Origin: Vineibacter sp. | GTDB lineage: Bacteria; Pseudomonadota; Alphaproteobacteria; Reyranellales; Reyranellaceae | Assembly: GCA_035279205.1 (NCBI GenBank) | Contig: DATEIF010000362.1 | Coordinates: 1-35,943 of the forward strand | Direction: 5' to 3' | DNA: 35,943 nucleotides | Shown here: piece by piece, positions 25,956 to 34,455 of the stretch | How the letters are laid out: each line of letters starts with the position of its first letter | How positions within the stretch are numbered: position 1 is the first letter of the stretch | Notes under the pieces: generated by a model | What the model was told of the DNA's origin: nothing | What the model saw: only the letters and a program-made list of their open reading frames with translations | Databases searched by the model: none | Made by a program: the position numbers and the translations under genes

Positions 25956-26040
25956 GGTACTGCCTCCTCGCCGAGGCAATTCGCCAATCCACAGGCATTT
26001 TAGCATAAAGCAGGCGGCGGTATACGTTTGCGCCCGGCAA

Positions 26041-26433
26041 TCACACCGGTATCAAAGCTGCGGCGACGCGGCGGCCTTCGGCCAAGAGCACGTTGTAGGT
26101 GCGGCAGGCGGCACCGGTGTCCATCACCTCGAGCACCAGCCCATGCGTCTTCAGCGCATCCCGTCGGGCCGGCGGGATGAAGGCGGCCTTGGCACCGCAG
26201 CCGACCACCAGCACCTCGACGGGCGGCGATGCCTCGATGATCGGCGCGAGATTGTCGGGCGCGATGTCGGTAGCCACCGCGACGGTCCACGCCGTCGTGC
26301 GGTGCGGCAGCACCAGCACGGCACCCTGGTGGTCGACGTCGCTGATGCGGAAGTGCCCTGGCCCGTAGGTCTGGATCAGCTGGCGCTCGCGCGGATCGGG
26401 CGTCGGCAAGGTCTTGTCGGAGGGCAGGGACAT
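26041..26433 (-). CDS. Mth938-like (DUF498) protein
   Basis: IQTYGPG.F, LVVGCG, MDTGAACRTYNVLLAEGR. Confidence 0.93.
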   Translation of the reverse strand: MSLPSDKTLPTPDPRERQLIQTYGPGHFRISDVDHQGAVLVLPHRTTAWTVAVATDIAPDNLAPIIEASPPVEVLVVGCGAKAAFIPPARRDALKTHGLVLEVMDTGAACRTYNVLLAEGRRVAAALIPV

Positions 26434-26480
26434 GATGTCCCTCCATCAGCAGCAGTTAGCGGGACACCCGCTCCCGGGTG

Positions 26481-27671
26481 CTAGGGGCGCACCTGGACGT
26501 CGGTGACGCGGCCCTTGTCCTTCTCGTCGTCGTCGGCGCGAACCCGGTCCGGGCGGAAGTTCATGTAGACCAGGCCCGCGTTGGCGATCCAGATCGACGA
26601 GTACGTGCCGACGATCACGCCCCAGAGCATGGCGATGGAGAAGCTGTAGAGCACCGGGCCGGCGAACAGCACCAGGGCCATCACGGCCAGGAACACGGTG
26701 CCCGACGTCATCAGGGTGCGGGCCAGGGTCTCGTTGGTGCTGACGTTGAGCAGCTCGACAAGCGACAGCTTCTTGTAGCGCCGCAGGTTCTCGCGCACGC
26801 GGTCGAACACCACCACGGTGTCGTTGATGGAGTAGCCGGCGATGGTCAACAGCGCCGCCAGCGCCGTCAGGTTGAATTCCAGCTGGGTGATGGCGAACAG
26901 GCCGACGGTGGTCAGCACGTCGTGCACCAGGGCGAGCAGGGCGGCGACGCCGAACTGCCACTCGAAACGCACCCAGACATAGATCGCGATCGCCAGCAGG
27001 ACCAGCCCGACCGAGATGATGCCGGTGCTCAGCAACTCGCCGCCGACCTTGGGGCCGACCGACTCGGTGCGCCGGAAGTCATAAGTGCCCGACAGCGCGT
27101 CCTTGGCCACCAGGATCGCCACCTGTTGGCACCATTCGTCACGCTGGTCCTGCTCCAGCGCAACGGTGAGCGGTGAAGCCCCGGGCCGCACCAGGTTTTC
27201 GGACAGGCCGATGGCGGCGGCGGACTTCGCGGCCTGATCGTCGGTGACCCGTGCCGGCGCCGTCAGCTCGAGGTTGCCCGATTGCGCATTGGCCACCGGC
27301 TTGACGCTCCAGCCTTCGCCCATGGTCTTGCTGAGCAGGCGGCTGGCGTTGGCGACGCAAGTGGCGTCGCCCCGCTGGCGCTGGATGCGGATCAGGATCG
27401 TGTCCTTGGCGCCGAACTCCTGCAGGGAGACTTCGCCCAGGCCCAGCCCGCCGGCGATGCGGCGGGTCTCGGCGAGGTCGGCGTCGCCCTTCAGGGTTTT
27501 CGCTTCGATGGCGATGCCGCCCTGGAAATCGATGCCGAAATTGAGGCCGACGACGAACACCAGAACGATCGAGGCGACGTTGATGATCGTCGACAGCACC
27601 AGGGCCAACTTGCGCTTGCCGAGGAAGTCGAAGTTGGTCTTGGTCGGCAGCAGGCGAACGGGCTTGAACAT
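26481..27671 (-). CDS. secF: Protein translocase subunit SecF with a periplasmic insertion
   Basis: GLNFGIDF.GG, VGPKVG, HDV, GYSINDTVVVFDRVRE, GTYSS. Confidence 0.95.
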   Translation of the reverse strand: MFKPVRLLPTKTNFDFLGKRKLALVLSTIINVASIVLVFVVGLNFGIDFQGGIAIEAKTLKGDADLAETRRIAGGLGLGEVSLQEFGAKDTILIRIQRQRGDATCVANASRLLSKTMGEGWSVKPVANAQSGNLELTAPARVTDDQAAKSAAAIGLSENLVRPGASPLTVALEQDQRDEWCQQVAILVAKDALSGTYDFRRTESVGPKVGGELLSTGIISVGLVLLAIAIYVWVRFEWQFGVAALLALVHDVLTTVGLFAITQLEFNLTALAALLTIAGYSINDTVVVFDRVRENLRRYKKLSLVELLNVSTNETLARTLMTSGTVFLAVMALVLFAGPVLYSFSIAMLWGVIVGTYSSIWIANAGLVYMNFRPDRVRADDDEKDKGRVTDVQVRP

Positions 27672-27678
27672 CGATGCC

Positions 27679-29307
27679 TCAAATCACCAGTTCGCGCGGA
27701 CGGCGCCAGCGCAGCCACAGGCCCAGCACCATGCGGGTGAAAATCGTCGAGCTGAACATCGACGTCAGCAGGCCCAGCGACAGCGTGGTGGCGAAGCCCT
27801 TGATCGGGCCTGACCCGAAGCCGAACATCAGCACGCCGGCGATCAGGGTGGTGAGGTTGGCGTCGATGATGGCCGACATGGCGCGCTCATAGCCCGCGGT
27901 GAGCGCCGAGATCGGCGGCCGGCCCAGGCTCTGCTCCTCGCGCACGCGCTCGTAGATCAGCACGTTGGAGTCGACGGCCATGCCGACCGTCAGCACCAGG
28001 CCGGCGATGCCCGGCAGCGTGAGCGAGGCGCCCAGCACCGACATGCCGGCGAACACCATGATCAGGTTCACCGCCATCGCGAGGTTGGCGAAACCGCCGA
28101 AGATCGGGCCGTACGACAGGAACATGAAGAACACGACCAGCGCCGTGCCGACGATGGCGGCCAGGGTGCCGGCACGGATGGCGTCGGCGCCGAGATCGGC
28201 GCCCACGGTGCGGCGTTCGATCACGGTCAGGGTCGCAGGCAGGGCGCCGGAGCGCAGCTGCAGGGACAGCTCGTTGGTCTGCTGCGTGGTGAAGTTGCCG
28301 GTGATGATGCCGCTGCCGCCGCAGATCGCCGACTGGATCACCGGCGCGCTGATCACGCGCTCGTCGAGCACGATGGCCAGCGGCTTGCCGATATTGTCGG
28401 TGGTGGCGCGGCAGAAGGCACGGCCGCCGGAGGTCGTGAAGCGGAAGCTCACGATCGGCCGGTTGGTCTGCTGGTCGAAGGTCGCCTGGGCGTCGGTCAG
28501 CTCCTCGCCGCTCACCACGACACGCCGGCTCACCGGCATGCAAGCCGCGGCCTGGCGCCGGCAGATCTCCTCGGCGATCAGCGTCTTGTTGCTCTCCTTC
28601 TGCCAGCGCTCGCTCTTGGCGAGGTCGGGCCAGACGGCGTCCCAGCCTTCCTTGCTCGGGCGCAGGATGGTGGCGCCGACTCCTTCGAGGCGGAATTCCA
28701 TCTTGGCCGTCGTGCTGATCAGCTTGATCAGGTCGTCGGGGTTTTCGACGCCGGGCACCTGGACCAGGATGCGCTCGTCACCCTGGCGCTGGATGGTCGG
28801 TTCCTTGGTGCCGGTTTCGTCGACGCGCTTGCGCACCACCTCGATCGACTGGTCGAGCACCTGCTGACGGCGGCGCGTCAGCTCCTGCTGCGAATAGGCG
28901 ACCCGCACGGTGCCGGGCTGCGGGCTGGTGACGTCGAGCACGCCCGCTTCCAGGTTGCGGATCGCTTCGATGACCTTGGCCTGGTCGGTGCCTTCACGCA
29001 GGCTGACCGTGATCGCGGTGCCGTCGCTGTTGATCTCGCGCAACTGCAGCTGCTGCTTGCGCAGCTCGGCGCGGATGCCGTCCGACAGGTCGGTCAGGCG
29101 CTGGCGCACCACGCTGCGCACATCGACGTCGAACAGCAGATGCGCGCCGCCGCGCAGATCCAGCCCCAGGTTGATGACGCTGGTGGCGTACCAGGTCGGC
29201 ACGAAGCGCAGGACCGACGCCGGCAGCAGGTTGGGCAGTGCCAGCAGCAGCGAGAACAGCGTGATCCCGGTGATGATCCAGGTCTGCCAGCGCGGGAGGG
29301 TCAGCAT
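27679..29307 (-). CDS. secD: Protein translocase subunit SecD
   Basis: LGLDLRGG, RVDE.G..EP, LRSGALPA, LTLPGIAG, GMAVDSNVLIYER. Confidence 0.96.
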   Translation of the reverse strand: MLTLPRWQTWIITGITLFSLLLALPNLLPASVLRFVPTWYATSVINLGLDLRGGAHLLFDVDVRSVVRQRLTDLSDGIRAELRKQQLQLREINSDGTAITVSLREGTDQAKVIEAIRNLEAGVLDVTSPQPGTVRVAYSQQELTRRRQQVLDQSIEVVRKRVDETGTKEPTIQRQGDERILVQVPGVENPDDLIKLISTTAKMEFRLEGVGATILRPSKEGWDAVWPDLAKSERWQKESNKTLIAEEICRRQAAACMPVSRRVVVSGEELTDAQATFDQQTNRPIVSFRFTTSGGRAFCRATTDNIGKPLAIVLDERVISAPVIQSAICGGSGIITGNFTTQQTNELSLQLRSGALPATLTVIERRTVGADLGADAIRAGTLAAIVGTALVVFFMFLSYGPIFGGFANLAMAVNLIMVFAGMSVLGASLTLPGIAGLVLTVGMAVDSNVLIYERVREEQSLGRPPISALTAGYERAMSAIIDANLTTLIAGVLMFGFGSGPIKGFATTLSLGLLTSMFSSTIFTRMVLGLWLRWRRPRELVI

Positions 29308-29332
29308 GCGATGTCTCGCCGTGCGATCGCTG

Positions 29333-29785
29333 TCATTCCTTCTTCTTTCCGAGGCCGAACAGGCTGCCGAGCAGGCCGCCGCCGCCCGAGCTGACCGGGC
29401 CGTCGCTGGACTTGCTCTCCAGCATCGGCTTGTCGGCGGGATCGTCGTCCTTGACGCCCTTTACCGGCTCGCCGCGGGCCAGGATATTCGAGATCGTGCT
29501 CTTGGCGACGCGCACACGCACGTTTTCAGCGATCTCGACCTGCACCTCGTTGTCGCCGATCACCTTGGTGACCAGCCCGATGATGCCGCCGCCGGTGACG
29601 ACGCGGTCACCGCGCTTGACACCGCCCAACATCTCGCGGTGCTCGCGCATCTTCTTCTGCTGCGGCCGGATCAGCAGGAAGTAGAACACCACGAAGATCA
29701 GGATCAGCGGCAGGATCTGCTCGAAACCGCCAAGACCACCACCGCCGCCGCCGGTTGCCTGGGCGTGCGCCTCCGAAATGAACAT
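29333..29785 (-). CDS. yajC: Preprotein translocase subunit YajC
   Basis: FYFLLIRPQQK, GDRVVTGGGIIG; AGGAG RBS. Confidence 0.95.
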   Translation of the reverse strand: MFISEAHAQATGGGGGGLGGFEQILPLILIFVVFYFLLIRPQQKKMREHREMLGGVKRGDRVVTGGGIIGLVTKVIGDNEVQVEIAENVRVRVAKSTISNILARGEPVKGVKDDDPADKPMLESKSSDGPVSSGGGGLLGSLFGLGKKKE

Positions 29786-29851
29786 GCCGCGCTCCTGTCT
29801 GTAGGCGGTGCCCCGGCCATTCTGTGGGCGGGGGTGCGAAAAGGACGCCGG

Positions 29852-29879
29852 ACTATACCCACGCGTAACCGCTTTGCAA
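29852..29879 (-). promoter_or_regulatory. Putative sigma70 promoter of yajC-secDF
   Basis: TTGCAA-N16-TATAGT on the minus strand. Confidence 0.6.
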
Positions 29880-29991
29880 CGCGCAAGACGGTCCGGCATC
29901 AAGCTATCGAAACCGGTTAAATCGCTTTCGGCTTCAAGGGTTTATCGCTAGGTTGCCGGCCCTTCATCGACCCCATGCACAGGCTTGCGAC

Positions 29992-30852
29992 ATGACTGAA
30001 CCGCTGGAACCGCTGCTGCAGCGCATCGCCGAGGCGCTTGAACGGCTGGCCCCGCAGGCCAAGCCGCCGCTCGATGTGATGGCAGCCGATGCGTACGTCT
30101 GGCACGCGACGGGTGCGCTGGAGGCGATCCCTGACGTCAACCGGGTCGACATCGGCTTGCTGCAGGGCATCGAGCGGCAGAAGGAGATCCTGCAGGACAA
30201 CACGCTGCGATTCGCGCGCGGGCTGCCGGCCAACAATGCCCTGCTGTGGGGCGCTCGCGGCTGCGGCAAGAGCTCGCTGGTCAAGGCAGTGCATGCCGCG
30301 GTCAACGCCCAGCTCGGTGGCAGGCCCAGCCCCCTGGCGCTGGTCGAGATCCATCGCGAGGATATCCCCTCGCTGCCGGTGCTGCTGGGCGTGCTGCGCC
30401 CGGCGCCGCGGCGCTTCATCCTGTTCTGCGATGACCTCAGCTTCGATGGCCAGGACGCGGCCTACAAGTCGCTGAAGGCGGTGCTGGAGGGCGGCATCGA
30501 GGGGCGGCCGGACAACGTGCTGTTCTACGCCACGTCCAACCGCCGCCATCTGATGCCGCGCGACATGATCGAGAACGAGCGGTCGACCGCCATCAATCCC
30601 AGCGAGGCGGTCGAAGAGAAGGTCTCGCTGTCGGATCGCTTCGGCCTGTGGCTGGGCTTCCACAACGCCGACCAGCCGACCTACTTTGCGATGATCGAGG
30701 GCTATGTCCGCCGCTACGGGCTCGACATCGACCCCGAGACCCTGCGCAAGGAAGCCGTCGAATGGTCGGTGACGCGCGGCGCCCGCTCGGGCCGCGTCGC
30801 CTGGCAGTATATCCAGGACCTTGCGGGACGGCTGGGCAAGCGGCTGGAATAG
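29992..30852 (+). CDS. DUF815 AAA+ ATPase
   Basis: NALLWGARGCGKSS, FCDDLSF, YATSNRRHL, EEKVSLSDRFG. Confidence 0.93.
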   Translation: MTEPLEPLLQRIAEALERLAPQAKPPLDVMAADAYVWHATGALEAIPDVNRVDIGLLQGIERQKEILQDNTLRFARGLPANNALLWGARGCGKSSLVKAVHAAVNAQLGGRPSPLALVEIHREDIPSLPVLLGVLRPAPRRFILFCDDLSFDGQDAAYKSLKAVLEGGIEGRPDNVLFYATSNRRHLMPRDMIENERSTAINPSEAVEEKVSLSDRFGLWLGFHNADQPTYFAMIEGYVRRYGLDIDPETLRKEAVEWSVTRGARSGRVAWQYIQDLAGRLGKRLE

Positions 30853-30984
30853 TTCCTACGCGCCGCAGAGCGGCATTGATGATCATCACACGGGCGAGAG
30901 GACAGGAGGAGGGCGCGTGCGTCCCGGCACGATCCATGCGTAACTACGGACGATCATCGCAGCTCCATACCCAGAGGCGTTGCC

Positions 30985-31812
30985 ATGCACGCGTTCGCTC
31001 TGCGTCCGTTGATCGCCATGTTGCTGGCAACCGTCGTCACCGCCCTCTCGCCGCCGGCACTGGCGCGGTGCACCAAGAACGTTGCCGATAGCGTATCGCC
31101 CATCCAGCGGGTTCGGCTGGGCGAGCCCTTGCTGGCACAGAACGGCACCGCCAGCGCGGCGCGCATCACCTTCGTCGGGCACGCCAGCTTCCTGATTGAA
31201 ACCCCGCAGGGCGTGCGGGTGATCACCGATTACAACGGGCTGAATGGCTATGGCCGGAAGCCCGATATCGTCACCATGAACAACGCGCACGGCACGCACT
31301 TCACCGACGATATCGAGCCCGGCGTTACGCACGTGCTGCGCGGCTGGGCCGAGGGCGGCCGGGATTTGATGTCGCATGACATCACGCTGCGCGACATCCA
31401 GGTCTGGAACGTGCCGACCAATGTGCGCGACTATGGCGGCGTACGGCAGAACGGCAATTCGATCTTCGGCTTCCGCATCGGCGATCTGTGCATCGCCCAT
31501 CTCGGCCACCTGCATCATCGCCTGGAGAAGGAGCACCTCGAGCAGCTCGGCCGCATCGACGTGCTGATGGTGCCGATCGATGGTTCCTACACCATGGGCG
31601 TGCCGCTGATGGCCGAGGTGATCAAGCAGATCCAGCCGCAGGTCGTGCTGCCCATGCACTACTGGGGCGGGCTGCAGGCCGATCGCTTCCTGGGCATCAT
31701 GGCCGACAGCTACGAGGCCGTGTGGCCCGACAGCCGCACCATCGACGTCAGCAAGGCCACCCTGCCGGCCAAGCCGACGGTGATCGTGATCGCCGGCCGC
31801 GGTGGCGATTAG
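30985..31812 (+). CDS. Exported MBL-fold metallo-hydrolase (Lactamase_B_3-like)
   Basis: Signal peptide, GHASFLIE, TMNNAHGTH, HLGHL, PMHY. Confidence 0.82.
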   Translation: MHAFALRPLIAMLLATVVTALSPPALARCTKNVADSVSPIQRVRLGEPLLAQNGTASAARITFVGHASFLIETPQGVRVITDYNGLNGYGRKPDIVTMNNAHGTHFTDDIEPGVTHVLRGWAEGGRDLMSHDITLRDIQVWNVPTNVRDYGGVRQNGNSIFGFRIGDLCIAHLGHLHHRLEKEHLEQLGRIDVLMVPIDGSYTMGVPLMAEVIKQIQPQVVLPMHYWGGLQADRFLGIMADSYEAVWPDSRTIDVSKATLPAKPTVIVIAGRGGD

Positions 31813-31816
31813 AATG

Positions 31817-31893
31817 CCCGGGAGCGCGGACGTCCCGCCCGCATCGGCGCGCAGCGCCGAGACAAGAGCGGGCCGGAGGCCCGCGCTCCCGGG
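31817..31893. repeat. Palindromic repeat family D (GGGAGCGCGG..CCGCGCTCCC)
   Basis: CCCGGGAGCGCGGACGTCCCGCCCGC .. GCGGGCCGGAGGCCCGCGCTCCCGGG between convergent genes. Confidence 0.8.
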
Positions 31894-31898
31894 GAGCA

Positions 31899-33080
31899 CT
31901 ACAGGAACGGTCCCTTGGGTTCGATGCCCAGCAGGATCTGGCCGACCGCCTCGAAGTGCGAGGCGCGTGACTGAATCTGCTGCGACAGCGTGTGCATGTC
32001 GCGGAAGCGGCGCTCGAAGGCGGTGCCCAGGAAGATCGCATCGGTGCCGGCTGCCTTGTAGGCGTAGTCGGTCACTGCTTCAGCCGCCTGGATGGCGTGC
32101 GTACAGGCCAGCCGCACCCGTGCCCGAGCCGGTACGTCAATCGGCGCCTCGCTGCCGGCGTTGGCCCAGATCGTCGACAGCGTCTCCACCAGGTAGGCGC
32201 GCGCCGCGCCCAGCCGCGCTTCCATCTGCGCCACGCCGGCCTGCACCACCGCGTTGTCGGCCAGGCGCCCGAGATTGCGCGGCGCCTTGCGGGTGGCGAG
32301 GTCGACGAAGGCCTCCAGCATGGCGCGCGCGAGGCCCAGGCCGACGCCGGCGACGCCCACGGCGTACAGGCCCTGCATGGTGAAGGCATAGAGCCGCCCG
32401 GGATCGCGCCGCAGCGCCGGATCCTCGCGCGTGCCGCTGAACGCCTCCGGCACGAAGAGATCGCTGACCGTGTAGGAATCGCTGGCCGTGCCGCGCAGGC
32501 CGATCACGTCCCACGTGTCCAGCAGCTCGGCCTGGGCGACGGGGAACAGCAGCGTGCGCACGGTCGGCCGACCGGCCGGGTTCAGGCGCAGCGATCCGTC
32601 CGGCTCGACCACCAGGCAATGCACGCCCATCCAGTTCGCCTGTCGGCAGCCCGAGGCGAAATCCCAGCGGCCGCTGACGCGGTAGCCGCCCGGTACGGCT
32701 TGCGCGCGACAGCTGTTGGGCGGTCCCCAGGCGATGATCGTTCGCGGGTCGGCAAAGATCGTGCGCGCGGTCTCGAGCGGCAGGAACGGCGCGATCAGCG
32801 CCGAGCTGTTGCCGACGAACACATTCCACGCCACCGAGCCGTCATGGCGCGCGACCTCCGTGACAGCATCGAGGTAGACCCAGGGCTCGACCTCGTCGCC
32901 GCCGACCGAGCGCGGCAGCAGCATGCGAAAAAGACGCGAGTCGTGCAGTTGCGAGAGCAGCGGCTCGGGGATGCGCTGCGTGCGCTCGATCGTGCCGGCA
33001 GCCGCAGCCAGCGCCGGCGCCAGTGCACACGCGCGGGTAAGAGGATCCGGTCGATGGTCAGTCCGGACGACGTCGTTCAT
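31899..33080 (-). CDS. Acyl-CoA dehydrogenase-fold flavin-dependent monooxygenase (HsaA-like)
   Basis: SGRWDFASGC, DTWDVIGLRGTAS, ERRFRD. Confidence 0.85.
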   Translation of the reverse strand: MNDVVRTDHRPDPLTRACALAPALAAAAGTIERTQRIPEPLLSQLHDSRLFRMLLPRSVGGDEVEPWVYLDAVTEVARHDGSVAWNVFVGNSSALIAPFLPLETARTIFADPRTIIAWGPPNSCRAQAVPGGYRVSGRWDFASGCRQANWMGVHCLVVEPDGSLRLNPAGRPTVRTLLFPVAQAELLDTWDVIGLRGTASDSYTVSDLFVPEAFSGTREDPALRRDPGRLYAFTMQGLYAVGVAGVGLGLARAMLEAFVDLATRKAPRNLGRLADNAVVQAGVAQMEARLGAARAYLVETLSTIWANAGSEAPIDVPARARVRLACTHAIQAAEAVTDYAYKAAGTDAIFLGTAFERRFRDMHTLSQQIQSRASHFEAVGQILLGIEPKGPFL

Positions 33081-33204
33081 GGGCAGACCGTGCGGCGACG
33101 ATCTGATTAGGGCGCGCCCGCATGAGGGCGGTCAACCCGATACGACGAGTCAGGGCCTCGTTGTGCGCAGGCCAGCGATGTGCCGGCATCCGGGTGAGCC
33201 GGTG

Positions 33205-34242
33205 TCAGGGCTGCAGGTTGGACAGAACGCTGGCGAGGTTGTCGCCCAACTCAGGGCCGAGATAGCCGCCTTCCTGGACCACCACCGTGGGCAGCTTCAA
33301 CGCCGCGATCAGCTGGGCCATGCGGCCGAAGCCCGCCGTGGTGACTTTCAAGCCCTGCAGCGGATCGTGCTCCGACGCATCGAGGCCCAGGGCCACGACC
33401 AGCGCCGTGGGCGCGAAGGTCCGGATGCGTTCCAGCGCGCGCTCGCCCGCGGCCAGCCAGATGGCATCGCCGCTGCCCAGCGGCAGCGGCAGGTTGAGAT
33501 TGCTGCCTTCGCCGGCGCCTTCGCCGCGCTCGTGCGCGTGGCCCCAGAAGAACGGGTAGTAGTCGGCCGGATCGGCATGGATGGAGACCGTGAGCACGTC
33601 GTTGCGGGCATAGAAGATGCCCTGCGTGCCGTTGCCGTGATGCACGTCGACATCGAGGATGGCGACGCGCTGATGCTCGGTGCGCAAATGCTGGGTGGCG
33701 ATCGCGGTGTTGTTCAGGAAGCAGAAGCCGCCCGCCATGTCGGCATAGGCGTGGTGGCCGGGTGGCCGGCACAGCGCATAGGCCATCGGCGCTGCGGTGC
33801 CGGCGCGTGTTTCGTCCATCACGATCTGCGCCGCCGTCACCGCCACCTGCGCCGCCGCCAGCGCGGCCTCCCAGGTTCCGGGTCCGATCGGGCAGGCGCC
33901 GTCGACCTGGTGCCAACCAGCCCGGCCGGCAATGGCGCGCGGATAGGTGCCGCGATAGCGCACGGGATGCACGTTGGGGATCACCTCGGGCCCGGCGCCC
34001 TCGAGCGCGCGCCATTCGCGCTGCGCCACCTGCAGGAAGTCGACATATTCGGGCGTATGGATCGCCAGCACCGGCACCAACCCGGTATAGGCCGGCGCCA
34101 CGATCTCGTGACCGGCGCTGCGCGCCGTTGCCAGCAGGATGTCGGCGCGCCCGGGTTTCTCGGCGCTCTCCTTGCGCTCGCCGCGCACCAGGAAGAACGC
34201 CGGATCGTGCAGCGCGTGCTTGTCGGAATAGACCACCTTCAT
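33205..34242 (-). CDS. Histone deacetylase family, acetylpolyamine amidohydrolase-like
   Basis: RPPGHHA, GGFCFLNN, DVDVHHGNG, QEGGY; AGGAG RBS. Confidence 0.9.
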   Translation of the reverse strand: MKVVYSDKHALHDPAFFLVRGERKESAEKPGRADILLATARSAGHEIVAPAYTGLVPVLAIHTPEYVDFLQVAQREWRALEGAGPEVIPNVHPVRYRGTYPRAIAGRAGWHQVDGACPIGPGTWEAALAAAQVAVTAAQIVMDETRAGTAAPMAYALCRPPGHHAYADMAGGFCFLNNTAIATQHLRTEHQRVAILDVDVHHGNGTQGIFYARNDVLTVSIHADPADYYPFFWGHAHERGEGAGEGSNLNLPLPLGSGDAIWLAAGERALERIRTFAPTALVVALGLDASEHDPLQGLKVTTAGFGRMAQLIAALKLPTVVVQEGGYLGPELGDNLASVLSNLQP

Positions 34243-34399
34243 CGACCGCTCCTGTCGTCGCCAGCGTAGCGGTGATCTCACCGGTGCTGCAACCAGCCTG
34301 TCGGTTCCGTGCCCTTTCGCCACACTTCATCACGAAAATACCCCCGGCCTGCCGCGCGATGCCCCGGGTTCGACACAGGGTCCGCCGTACCTGGAATGG

Positions 34400-34424
34400 G
34401 GAACTGGCTCTTTGCGGTGACGTT
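34400..34424 (+). promoter_or_regulatory. EcfG (general stress response sigma) type promoter
   Basis: GGAAC-N16-CGTT, the established alphaproteobacterial EcfG consensus, 31 nt upstream of the ATG. Confidence 0.75.
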
Positions 34425-34455
34425 TTATCGTCGTGGCCGGTCTCCAGGAGGCACC

